Below, piece by piece: positions 18,267-27,124 of a stretch of 64,000 nucleotides of DNA. Positions within the stretch are counted from its first letter, which is position 1. Each line of letters begins with the position of its first letter. The stretch spans positions 41,441 through 105,440 of IMG/VR virus record IMGVR_UViG_3300037245_003487. The stretch is one strand, 5' to 3'. A program made the position numbers and the translations under genes. Source of the stretch: a virus. Taxonomy: Duplodnaviria > Heunggongvirae > Uroviricota > Caudoviricetes. Under the pieces are notes generated by a model. It saw only the letters and a program-made list of their open reading frames with translations, was not told the DNA's origin and did no database searches.

Positions 18267-18752
18267 TTATTTAAATATTATAATCATTGAAGGAAACGGT
18301 GCTGAATTTTTAGATTCACTAAATTTTAACCTTCCCTTTATAAATCTTATTTTAACTCCTGGCCTGGTCCTATTATTTTCTCTATCCCAAATATATTTAT
18401 GAAATCCAATAGTGTCAGTTCTAGCTGGTAAAAGAAAAACGCCCATAGTCTCAAAGTCTCTTCCTTTATTTATTTTAATTTCATTAATCATTTTTTCAAC
18501 CCATTTTTTCCATTCGGAATAAGGGGGGTTGCACCAGGCCACTTCACCATACCAACTTTGTTCTAAACCATTATTATCTTTTGTATAATAATTATTACAT
18601 TTAGCATTTTCCCAATTAGCAGCAACATCAATGGTAAAACAAAATTCTTCATTTAATTCTTTATATAGATCATTTGGCGTTTCCCATTCATCTGAATTAC
18701 TTGTAAAACAAGCTTCTTTATTACTCATTAATTTCACTCCATTTCTTATCAA
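18267..18752 (-). CDS. dam: phage-type DNA N6-adenine methyltransferase (Dam, N6_Mtase family)
   Basis: DEWETPNDLY...FTIDVAA...NAKC...WCNPPYS. Confidence 0.75.
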   Translation of the reverse strand: MIRNGVKLMSNKEACFTSNSDEWETPNDLYKELNEEFCFTIDVAANWENAKCNNYYTKDNNGLEQSWYGEVAWCNPPYSEWKKWVEKMINEIKINKGRDFETMGVFLLPARTDTIGFHKYIWDRENNRTRPGVKIRFIKGRLKFSESKNSAPFPSMIIIFK

Positions 18753-19065
18753 GGGCTTTTTCTATTAATTGTATTATTCTATCGCATCCAGACCAACCCA
18801 CATCAAACAACGCATTAGTCTCTTTTACCATATAAATCAAAGCCTTAATCATTTCAGGCGCACAAGCAATTAATGTTTGATTTGCTTTAGCTTGCTTCAA
18901 TGTTATTGTATCTTGAAGTCTCTCATAATTTTTACTAAGTGGATCATTCACTTTAACTTTAACGATAGTAGCTCCGCCTAAATTAAATATATATCCACAA
19001 TCACATCCATTTATATCATTTAAACAAACACCGCCCCATTCTCCATCTGTAAAATCAAATTTCAT
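18721..19065 (-). CDS. hypothetical protein (C-terminal LIEK..KKWSEI motif)
   Basis: 114 aa; shares C-terminal peptide with adjacent gene. Confidence 0.3.
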   Translation of the reverse strand: MKFDFTDGEWGGVCLNDINGCDCGYIFNLGGATIVKVKVNDPLSKNYERLQDTITLKQAKANQTLIACAPEMIKALIYMVKETNALFDVGWSGCDRIIQLIEKALDKKWSEINE

Positions 19066-19394
19066 ATTTCACTCCATTTTTTACCAGTTATTTTTTCTAT
19101 TAAATTAACTTCTTCTTCCATTAATTCATTAAAAAACTTTAATCCTTTTTTATCCTTTAAATTTTTAACATAAATTTCATACATAAATTTAGATTTATCG
19201 ATTAAATTTTTTAATAACTCATCTTCATAATTATCAACTGGATTACGTGGTTTGTATCTTACACAGTTTATTCCGTGTTCAGGCTCATCTATAACCGCCT
19301 CATCACAACTTGACACGTAATAAGCTCCATCACAAGCATCCATTATAGTATACAAGATACAGCTACCGCAACATTTGTTTGCTATTTGCTTCAT
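19062..19394 (-). CDS. hypothetical Cys-rich protein (C-terminal LIEK..KKWSEI motif)
   Basis: 110 aa. Confidence 0.3.
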   Translation of the reverse strand: MKQIANKCCGSCILYTIMDACDGAYYVSSCDEAVIDEPEHGINCVRYKPRNPVDNYEDELLKNLIDKSKFMYEIYVKNLKDKKGLKFFNELMEEEVNLIEKITGKKWSEI

Positions 19395-19488
19395 AATTAC
19401 TCCTTTAATAAAAATAGCAGGATTTTCACCCTGCCATACTTTAACATTTTTATTTAATTCTGTAAAGCCTATTTACATTTGTTTTACA

Positions 19489-22400
19489 TTAACCGCAACG
19501 GCTCCATGAACATTTTGGGCATTTAACACATCCTTCTTGGAATATCAACTCTCCACCACACTGGCATTTCTCTGTAGACTTAGTGCCTTCTTTAATGTAC
19601 TTCTTTAATGCTCTAGCTATACATTTCTCAAAGTCAGCTAATAACCCACCAGACTTATTTATCTGCTCAATAATAAAGTGCAATGGAACTTGATGTCTTA
19701 AGCAGGTTGAAACTAATCTAGTTACAGCTTCATGAGTTTTATTATCAAATATAGCATTAAGATCTGATATAATAATTTCATCTTCAATTTCTATTTGATA
19801 TCTACCTTTTGTAGCCTTGATAATATTAACTTCTTTAACTTTCGATGGTATATCTACATTTTCTATTTTTCCAGCAAAAGTTTCATAAGGACAATCATCT
19901 ACAATACCAATAAATACAATCCATTTCTCGCCATTAACTTGCACTCTATGAACATCATGATGAACAGATTTAGGTCTTTTAGGAGCACATCTTTCGCAGT
20001 CCTCATCGTTGGTAATAAGTATACCTTCTCTGCTACCTTTACGATAAACAGTTACACCGATTATACCTTTCTTATGAGCCGCTTTATAAATATCACTTAT
20101 TTCTTTCTTTGATATATTTTCAGGTAAATTCAAGGTTTTGCTTACTGATAATGATACATTGTTAGCAACTTTCTCTAGTATATTTAAATGCTCCATTGGA
20201 GTTAAATCATTTGATACTTGAAAAATAGCTTTATGTTCATCTGATAAATATTTAGATTCTTGACATGATCCAGTTAAGGAAACTTCTAATAAAATCTTAG
20301 ACTTATCCTCAAGATAATTTTCAGATAAAAACTCATCAAATACAGGATCTGTTTGATACATAATCTCATACTCACCATTACCTAACTCAACTTTTCTTTT
20401 ATACGTTAAAGCGAATACAGGCTCTATTCCACTTGATGTGTCTGCAATCGTTGATATACTTCCTGTCGGTGCAATTGATGTAATACATGAATTTCTAATT
20501 CCATATTTTTTTATATCCAATTTTAATTGTTTAATATTTACATCTAAAATTTTATCTTCAGTAAAAAATCTTTTATTGGCATCCATAAAAACATCATAAT
20601 CAAACGCTGGATAAGGACCTAGTTTTACAGCAATTTTAACAGATACTTCCATTCCTTTAATTGTCATATATCTATTTATCTTTTCAGTAAAATTCAAAGC
20701 TAGTTGAGAGTCATAAGGGATTCTTAATTTATACATAGCATGAGCTAATCCCATTTCTCCTAATCCTATAGGGCGTATCTTTTCTGTAACTTCTTTAATT
20801 TTGGGAATAGGAAATTTATTTACATCTATTACTTTATCAAGGAAAATAACAGATCTTTTGATTTGTCTGCCTAATTCATCCCAGTTAAATTCACCATCGT
20901 CAACAAATTTAACTAAATTTATAGAACCTAAGTTACAGCTTGCATAAGGCACATTTATAAACTCAAAACAATTTGAAATATTTAATCCATTACACCAAAA
21001 TGTATGTGAATCATTATCAACTGTAATATCAAAAACTTCCATTTCACCTAATTCTGTTTTTTCTTTAATATCAAAATTCACTTTATTTCTATTGGATTTT
21101 TTAATTTCTTTTACTATTTTAGCTAATTTATCATTTTTATATTTCTGTATAAATGCAATATCATGGTAAAATAAATCTCTATCAGATGTTATATTTAAAT
21201 CATACGACTTTTTACTGATATACTCTCCATTATCCCATTTTATTTTTGATGGTTTATTAGTTGTGTAATAAGATTTAATCCCTATGGAAGACAACATTAT
21301 CTGTACTTGTTCTATCAATTTAAGTGACGTAGCCTTCAAAGTAACTCTTTCGCCACAGATAGATCCGTTAGCTGAATACAATCCTCTTAAAAATGATTTA
21401 ATTGAATTTGATGTTGTATACATATATCTTTCAGGTATTTCTCTTATAGGCAACAAATCTAACTCTTCTTTTTTTACATTAGTTTTAACTCGGTAAGTTT
21501 TAGGATCACTTGGATAGGTTTTTTTAAGAATAAAACTACTTATCTCTGAATTAAAATAGTCGTGGTCATTTTCTCCTATAGTCAAGTAAACATCATAATT
21601 TTTACCTGGATTTAAATTTCTCGATCCATCGCCAACAATTAATCCATCCATAATTAATTGAAGATCAAATTCATCAAACTTTTCATAATTGCCAACCAAC
21701 ACATCTATATTTTCAGCTTTTTTTAGTTCTATTTTTAATCCTTTAGACATAATTTGATGATTGTCGGTAGCATATAAATGCCCTGCGCTAGTAACCCACT
21801 TATGAACTTTTTTTATTCCACTCGACCATTTATTAGTAATTTTAGTCCATCCTTCGCCAGACCATACACAATCGCCTATATTCAAATCCTTTAATTGTTT
21901 AGGTCCATATGGCGTTAATAGTATTGAAAATTCTGGAATACATGGATTTGGGCATACAGTGGTATCAACGTTCTTAACCGAACACCTATCCCATGCGATA
22001 TCATAATTTATCAAACTTGGCTCTGCATTAGCCCATGATAATTCTATAATTTCATCCCATAACTCTTCAACGCTTACTTCCTGAAAAGTACCATCTATTA
22101 ATTTTATACTTTTACCGTTTTTAAATTTAACCTTATGCACATCATTAGGTTGATTATCTAGTTTATCGTAAAAATCATTATACATTTTAACAGATAGATT
22201 AAATCTTGCTAAAGGAGCTTTTATTTTACCATCTGCGACCAATTTTTTTATTTCCAAAGACAACACCTTTGATCTTATAAAATTTAGTATATCCGGGTGA
22301 TATACACTAAGTATTCCTCCGCCAGCTCCTTTTCTAGCCCCACCTTGATTTATGCTATTCAAAACATCATTAAAATTAGATAAAAATGGCATTGGACCAG

Positions 22401-22755
22401 ATGATTTAGCATTATTTAATGTTTTAATTATCTCATAAGAGCTTCTTAATGGAGAAAAATCATATCCAACTCCTCCACAAGCCTTAGTTACCAAAGCACA
22501 CTCTTTAATTGAATCATAAATTCCTTCTATACTATCTTCTAATTTCATAGGAAAACATGATGATAAAGTTCCTTCCCTTTTACCACCAGTATTAGCATTC
22601 ATTAATGTAGGTGTTGAAGGTATAAACCTCATTTCTAATATATCATTTTCTATTTCTGGGTAGATATCTGACACTCTTTTAGTAAGTTCTTCCCAGGACG
22701 ACTCACCTTCAATAAAATATCTATCTCGTAATAATTTTAATATTGACTCTTTCAA
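19489..22755 (-). CDS. ribonucleotide reductase catalytic subunit (probably class II NrdJ-like), interrupted by an intein
   Basis: Extein motifs ...CPNP|C...FEFINVPYASCNLGSINL, GLGEMGLAHAM, C-terminal CxxC...CxxC. 764 aa after intein removal. Confidence 0.75.
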   Translation of the reverse strand: MKESILKLLRDRYFIEGESSWEELTKRVSDIYPEIENDILEMRFIPSTPTLMNANTGGKREGTLSSCFPMKLEDSIEGIYDSIKECALVTKACGGVGYDFSPLRSSYEIIKTLNNAKSSGPMPFLSNFNDVLNSINQGGARKGAGGGILSVYHPDILNFIRSKVLSLEIKKLVADGKIKAPLARFNLSVKMYNDFYDKLDNQPNDVHKVKFKNGKSIKLIDGTFQEVSVEELWDEIIELSWANAEPSLINYDIAWDRCSVKNVDTTVCPNPCIPEFSILLTPYGPKQLKDLNIGDCVWSGEGWTKITNKWSSGIKKVHKWVTSAGHLYATDNHQIMSKGLKIELKKAENIDVLVGNYEKFDEFDLQLIMDGLIVGDGSRNLNPGKNYDVYLTIGENDHDYFNSEISSFILKKTYPSDPKTYRVKTNVKKEELDLLPIREIPERYMYTTSNSIKSFLRGLYSANGSICGERVTLKATSLKLIEQVQIMLSSIGIKSYYTTNKPSKIKWDNGEYISKKSYDLNITSDRDLFYHDIAFIQKYKNDKLAKIVKEIKKSNRNKVNFDIKEKTELGEMEVFDITVDNDSHTFWCNGLNISNCFEFINVPYASCNLGSINLVKFVDDGEFNWDELGRQIKRSVIFLDKVIDVNKFPIPKIKEVTEKIRPIGLGEMGLAHAMYKLRIPYDSQLALNFTEKINRYMTIKGMEVSVKIAVKLGPYPAFDYDVFMDANKRFFTEDKILDVNIKQLKLDIKKYGIRNSCITSIAPTGSISTIADTSSGIEPVFALTYKRKVELGNGEYEIMYQTDPVFDEFLSENYLEDKSKILLEVSLTGSCQESKYLSDEHKAIFQVSNDLTPMEHLNILEKVANNVSLSVSKTLNLPENISKKEISDIYKAAHKKGIIGVTVYRKGSREGILITNDEDCERCAPKRPKSVHHDVHRVQVNGEKWIVFIGIVDDCPYETFAGKIENVDIPSKVKEVNIIKATKGRYQIEIEDEIIISDLNAIFDNKTHEAVTRLVSTCLRHQVPLHFIIEQINKSGGLLADFEKCIARALKKYIKEGTKSTEKCQCGGELIFQEGCVKCPKCSWSRCG
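20971..21942 (-). mobile_element. intein with LAGLIDADG homing-endonuclease domain inside the RNR gene
   Basis: Starts CIPEFSILL after NP; DOD blocks LIMDGLIVGDGS and FLRGLYSANGS; C-terminal block FDITVDNDSHTFWCNGLNISN followed by Cys+1. Confidence 0.7.
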
Positions 22756-23111
22756 TTGTTCTCCTTTTTAGTATTTTTTTCCATATACTTCATTTTTAAT
22801 TCTATATGTTTTTCAATATCAATACCTAATCCACCACATAAATCAAATAATCTGATAAATGTATCGCAAATTTCATCCTCAAATTGATCTTTTATTTCAG
22901 TTTCAAATAAAGATTTAAATTCCCAGCCATCTTTTAATAATTGATTATACATATCAAAATCAGTAAATCTACCCTTTCTATGGGCCTCTATAGCCTCACC
23001 AAGCTCCGACACTACTAACATAAGTAATTCACCTACATTACGATCTTTATCCCAAAAACCTTTCTCTTTTGCCGTCTCATGACACTGTTCTACTAAGTTC
23101 TTTAATTCCAT
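22752..23111 (-). CDS. mazG: MazG-like nucleoside triphosphate pyrophosphohydrolase
   Basis: EKGFWDK...ELLMLVVSELGEAIEAHRKG signature. Confidence 0.7.
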   Translation of the reverse strand: MELKNLVEQCHETAKEKGFWDKDRNVGELLMLVVSELGEAIEAHRKGRFTDFDMYNQLLKDGWEFKSLFETEIKDQFEDEICDTFIRLFDLCGGLGIDIEKHIELKMKYMEKNTKKENN

Positions 23112-23121
23112 TTATTCTCCT

Positions 23122-23358
23122 TTAATTATTTATTATTATCGTACCATAATTAGTAATATTATATTCGTTCTTTATTATTGGTGTCGCAGTAGGTTCTACC
23201 GTTGGTATGGGAGTCATTAATTCCCTGGAAATTCTATTACTTTGCATTTGACATGGAATAGTGCATAAAAATACAAGTATTACCATAATTACAAGTATAG
23301 CAATTAAAGTTTTTGCGTCTCCATCACTATAATCATCGTCGCCATCATAATATCCCAT
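23122..23358 (-). CDS. small membrane-anchored Pro/Thr-linker protein, paralog 1 of 3
   Basis: TM helix, PT-rich linker, C-terminal NYGTIIINN. Confidence 0.35.
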   Translation of the reverse strand: MGYYDGDDDYSDGDAKTLIAILVIMVILVFLCTIPCQMQSNRISRELMTPIPTVEPTATPIIKNEYNITNYGTIIINN

Positions 23359-23630
23359 TATAATTCTCCATAATTATTTATTATTACTGTTCCGTAATTA
23401 TTTATTACTATATCACCTTTCATCGGTGTTGGAGTATGGGAAGGCGTTGCAGTAGGCGTAATGCTTAATTCTCTATATTTCCTTATTGCTCTTTCTTTTG
23501 AAATACTACTAGTTGTTGAAGTTATCATTCGGGTTTTATCACGATTCATTTGACATTCAATCGTTAATAATGTTACAATTATTACTATTATTATAATTGT
23601 TATTATAATTCCTTTGTAATTTTTACCCAT
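23358..23630 (-). CDS. small membrane-anchored Pro/Thr-linker protein, paralog 2 of 3
   Basis: TM, TPTATPSHTPTP linker, INNYGTVIINNYGEL. Confidence 0.35.
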   Translation of the reverse strand: MGKNYKGIIITIIIIVIIVTLLTIECQMNRDKTRMITSTTSSISKERAIRKYRELSITPTATPSHTPTPMKGDIVINNYGTVIINNYGEL

Positions 23631-23950
23631 TACAATTCTCCATTATATATATTAATTATTCCACCATCATGGTTATCGATTATAATATTACCTCGTGGTG
23701 TCATTGTTGGCGTTGGTGTTACATAGTAATATCCTGTTGGTATTGGAGCAAATGTCGGTGTTGGAGAACTACATTGATCCTCATTTTTATCCGTATTTCC
23801 TCCTTTTAAAGCCATTGATCCAGAAAAAACAACAAGAAATATCCCTACCAATCCAAATACTACGACTACGCTATCTTTTTCCTCATGCACTAAACATAAA
23901 AGCACAACTATCACTATTACACTTATTAATAAAAAAATCACTGCCCACAT
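23630..23950 (-). CDS. small membrane-anchored Pro/Thr-linker protein, paralog 3 of 3
   Basis: Two TM helices, PTPTFAPIPT...TPTPTMTP, IINIYNGEL. Confidence 0.35.
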   Translation of the reverse strand: MWAVIFLLISVIVIVVLLCLVHEEKDSVVVVFGLVGIFLVVFSGSMALKGGNTDKNEDQCSSPTPTFAPIPTGYYYVTPTPTMTPRGNIIIDNHDGGIINIYNGEL

Positions 23951-23975
23951 ATTAAACTCCTTTATAAATTAAAAT

Positions 23976-24046
23976 TGCTCCCACCTGGAGTCGAACCAGA
24001 ATTCACAGATTAAAAATCTGTTACTTTACCATTAAGTCATGGGAAC
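23976..24046 (-). tRNA. tRNA-Lys (anticodon UUU)
   Basis: Hand-folded cloverleaf: acceptor GTTCCCA/TGGGAGC, D ACTT/AAGT, anticodon arm ACAGA-TTTTTAA-TCTGT, T TCTGG-TTCGACT-CCAGG. Confidence 0.8.
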
Positions 24047-24048
24047 AT

Positions 24049-24133
24049 TGCGCCATGGTGGAGTTGAACCACCCGAGCCAATTAAGACACCAAATTTACA
24101 GTCTGGACCGCTACCCCTACGGTATAATGACGC
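24049..24133 (-). tRNA. tRNA-Tyr (anticodon GUA), long variable arm
   Basis: 85 nt; acceptor GCGTCAT/ATGGCGC, anticodon arm CCAGA-CTGTAAA-TTTGG, T GGTGG-TTCAACT-CCACC. Confidence 0.7.
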
Positions 24134-24164
24134 GTAAAACGAGGTGAATTAACACCCCCTAAAA

Positions 24165-25163
24165 TTATTTACTTTCTGCGTTATTAATCACATCTGCTTT
24201 TTGAAGTGATTTCAATGAAACAGCATTAATTTGCTTGTAAGCATCATCAAGTTTTTTAGCAATTATAACAGCTTCTTTTTCAAGTTGAGCAATTCTATCA
24301 TCTTTCATTGTAACTGAATTATTTAAAACTTTAATATCAGCTTCATAACTAGCAGTAATGAATCTTTTAGCAGTTTCAACTTTTTTCTTAGTCAAACCAT
24401 CAATTCCTTCTTCCAATTTAGCTAATCTTACAGATTCTTTTTCAGCTTCTACAGTAAATTTAATTCTAAGCTCTTCAATCTCTGTAGTTTTTTTATCAGC
24501 TTCTTCAATTTTATCTGCAACTTGTTTTTCTTTCACTGCAATTCTTGCATCAACAACTTTTTCTTTACCTTTTAAGTTTTCATTAATTTGATTTTCAGTA
24601 TCTCTTTTATCAATCTTAAGATCATATTCCTGTTGCTCTTGAGTCCTTGCAAGATCTTCTTCATTGTCTGATTTTAACTTAGCTATAGTTGCAGTAGTTT
24701 CTTTTAACTTTGCATTATAGTTTTTAGTTAATTCAGTATCCATCTCAGAATACTTAGTTTTCAACTCTTTTGTATCAGTTGCATTGTCAAGTCTTACAGC
24801 CTTCTGTGCATCAATCAATCCAGCTAATGTTTCAGTCTCTTTTTTAACTCCATAAAGTTCTTCTAATTCAGCTTTCACTAATTCAATAGCAGTCTGAATA
24901 TTTTTGTACTCTTTTGAAGCAAATAATAAACCTGAATTTAGACCATCAAGCTCACTGATTAACTGATTTTTGATCTCATTAATCTGCTCTCCATAACCCT
25001 CAATTGTAGTCTCTACTTTACCTAAAATTGCTTTGTTTTCAGCATTCTTAGCATCTGCCACAGGATTGAATTTTCCTGCTTTAAGCTCTTTAATTTCTGT
25101 GATTTTAGTATCTAAGTAAGCTAAAATTTCCTTCTTAGTACTTTTCTCATTAATTTTCGCCAT
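24165..25163 (-). CDS. coiled-coil protein of unknown function
   Basis: 332 aa, Glu/Lys-rich heptad-like sequence throughout. Confidence 0.4.
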   Translation of the reverse strand: MAKINEKSTKKEILAYLDTKITEIKELKAGKFNPVADAKNAENKAILGKVETTIEGYGEQINEIKNQLISELDGLNSGLLFASKEYKNIQTAIELVKAELEELYGVKKETETLAGLIDAQKAVRLDNATDTKELKTKYSEMDTELTKNYNAKLKETTATIAKLKSDNEEDLARTQEQQEYDLKIDKRDTENQINENLKGKEKVVDARIAVKEKQVADKIEEADKKTTEIEELRIKFTVEAEKESVRLAKLEEGIDGLTKKKVETAKRFITASYEADIKVLNNSVTMKDDRIAQLEKEAVIIAKKLDDAYKQINAVSLKSLQKADVINNAESK

Positions 25164-25177
25164 TTACACTCCTTGTT

Positions 25178-25559
25178 TTATTTTGATTTAAAATTATATA
25201 TAGGCTTAACAAAACAATGAATATCAACAGTTTCACTTATTGCATTTATAATCATATCTTTATCTTTGTACGCTCCTTTTACTTCGTCTAACGTCTCTTT
25301 ACATAAAGAAGTAGTATAAATACCCTTTTCTTCCATTGATTTTCTTGCATCTTCTAAGCTTAATTCTTTTTTAGCTTTTGACCTGGACAAAACTCTACCA
25401 GCTCCATAATGACAATCAGGCATAATAGCAATATAAGATTTTCCAAATGCAGGATGATTAAGAAAACCATAAATTTGTTTCCTTGTTGCTTCATCTAAAT
25501 ATGAGTCATCTGGAAGCATAATGTTCGCAGAATTATACTGCGCTTTAATTGTAATCATT
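25178..25559 (-). CDS. RtcB N-terminal-domain-like protein (truncated relative to RtcB RNA ligase)
   Basis: LDEATRKQIYGFLNHPAFGKSYIAIMPDCHYGAGRV aligns with the RtcB N-terminal region (AVMPDVHLGKG). Only 127 aa; start set at MITIK with RBS AAGGAG. Confidence 0.4.
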
Positions 25560-25604
25560 TTATACTCCTTTCCTATCACTAATATCTGTTCTAATATAAT
25601 ATCC

Positions 25605-25907
25605 TTATCTACTAAAATCGTACTTCTTAACAATATCTTCAACGCAATGCATTACATCAAATAACATTTCCTGTTTTGTTGTTAGATTACCATCTGAAGA
25701 TGCTAAAAGCTTACCTAATCTTTCCTGAAGATTATTTTCTTTAGCTCTTATAATAGCTACTCTTTTAGCTTTTTGTTTATCCCATTGATCTAATGGATTA
25801 CATAAGCTATAACCAATTTGATCCTTAGATATAGCCACGACTACACCAACAGGCTTTCCACGACCTTTTTCATCAGCTTTCTTTTCCCTCAAATACTTTA
25901 TAACCAT
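25605..25907 (-). CDS. hypothetical protein
   Basis: 100-aa ORF. Confidence 0.3.
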   Translation of the reverse strand: MVIKYLREKKADEKGRGKPVGVVVAISKDQIGYSLCNPLDQWDKQKAKRVAIIRAKENNLQERLGKLLASSDGNLTTKQEMLFDVMHCVEDIVKKYDFSR

Positions 25908-25921
25908 ATTATTCTCCTTTA

Positions 25922-26080
25922 TTTAATAATTTATCATAAGCTTCTCTATCATTTTGATAAATCCAGTAAAGCCCAATAACTATCAATGCCTTTATAGGCT
26001 CATCACCTAAATCATCAACTATAATAGGCCATGATTCCTTAAAATTATCTGGAAATTTTTCTAATTTTTCAAACATATTC
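25922..26080 (-). CDS. hypothetical small protein
   Basis: about 52-aa ORF MFEKLEKFPDNFKESW... not in the supplied track. Confidence 0.2.
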
Positions 26081-26273
26081 AATCCTTTAATAAAAATACA
26101 ACCAAGGAATTTGCAGCCCTGGTTGTTTTTAGTTTAGTTTTTACTGAACTATAACAGGCATTTTCATTACGCTCTGATTTACTTCAGCCGATCTTGTTAC
26201 ATTAAGACATGAACGCTATAGTTTTTACCGTTGTTAATAGTCAACTTTCCAGACATCTGCATAATATCTGTAT

Positions 26274-26347
26274 TAGCTAGGGTGGGAATCGGACCCACAT
26301 TTGACTGCCTTATGAGAGCAGTGTGTTACCAGTACACTACCTAGCGA
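26274..26347 (-). tRNA. tRNA-Met (anticodon CAU; elongator-type or Ile2-type)
   Basis: D GTGT/ACAC, anticodon arm CTGCT-CTCATAA-GGCAG, T GTGGG-TCCGATT-CCCAC; C1-U72 mismatch. Confidence 0.65.
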
Positions 26348-26349
26348 CG

Positions 26350-26497
26350 TATTGCCAACAGTAGGACTTGAACCCACGAATGCCAACATACACAAGTTAT
26401 CAACTTATAAATGCTTGTTTAAATGCTGATGAAACATTCAATTCAAATAGGCAACCTCCAGTTTAATCTGGTGCTCTGCCACTGAGCTATATTGGCG
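26350..26497 (-). tRNA. tRNA-like gene with an insertion of about 70 nt (148 nt overall)
   Basis: Acceptor GCCAATA/TGTTGGC, D-arm GCTC-AGTGGCA-GAGC, T-arm GTGGG-TTCAAGT-CCTAC. No canonical anticodon arm; TGTTGGCA occurs twice flanking the T-arm. Confidence 0.35.
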
Positions 26498-26502
26498 TTA
26501 AA

Positions 26503-26970
26503 TTACTTCAATTCATCAAATAATACTACAGAATTCTCTAACACTTTCATTAACTGCTTCGTAATATTAAACTTCTTTGAATTAATCTCAATGGAAGTTT
26601 TAATATTACCATCATTATGTCTTTCACTGGCAGCTTTCCAATCACAAAACATTTCAATAATATCTATAATAGTCATATCATTAACACCGTTTTTAAAGTG
26701 ATTTGGATGGTGTCTATTATTTGCATAGTGATGATCGAGTGCTGGTTTCATTTCTTCCAGGAAGCCCTTGTATTCTTCGCTATTATACGTTGATTCAGCT
26801 AATCTTGGTGTATACTCAGCAAACACCTCTAATTCTGGACTTTCCAATTTACTATTATCGTGATTTAACCCCCTAGTAATTAACTGTTTACACACAAGCA
26901 TTAAATATTCATTAACTTTTTCCCTATGCTTCCTAGTGGATTCATTAGAGACTAATTCTTTCGTATTCAT
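26503..26970 (-). CDS. hypothetical protein
   Basis: Start moved to MNTKEL (RBS AGGAGAA); the longer ORF-track call would overlap tRNA-Glu. Confidence 0.4.
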   Translation of the reverse strand: MNTKELVSNESTRKHREKVNEYLMLVCKQLITRGLNHDNSKLESPELEVFAEYTPRLAESTYNSEEYKGFLEEMKPALDHHYANNRHHPNHFKNGVNDMTIIDIIEMFCDWKAASERHNDGNIKTSIEINSKKFNITKQLMKVLENSVVLFDELK

Positions 26971-26999
26971 AATTCTCCTACAAATATTATAAAAAATAT

Positions 27000-27070
27000 T
27001 AACGCTATGGGGAGTTGAACCCCGCTTGATGGGTCGAAAACCCACGATCCTACCGATAGATGATAGCGTC
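27000..27070 (-). tRNA. tRNA-Glu (anticodon UUC)
   Basis: Acceptor GACGCTA/TAGCGTT, D ATCT-ATCGGTA-GGAT, anticodon arm GTGGG-TTTTCGA-CCCAT, T (C)GGGG-TTCAACT-CCCC(A). Confidence 0.7.
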
Positions 27071-27124
27071 ATTCACACACTCTACCATAATTATTAATCA
27101 AAGTAAAGTATTTTTACGTTTATT

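Noticed and set aside
19489-22755. Class I (NrdA) assignment for the reductase
   Set aside because: No NrdB-like small subunit is seen in the window, and the C-terminal Cys-rich zinc-ribbon tail and monomer size after intein removal fit class II better. Left as probable class II.
26503-27072. ORF-track N-terminal extensions of 26503-27072, 29594-29872, 27712-28281, 25178-25642, 2038-3033 and 43590-44882
   Set aside because: Extended versions overlap tRNA-Glu or tRNA-Gly, or start at weak codons without an RBS. Internal ATGs with AGGAG-type RBS were chosen instead.
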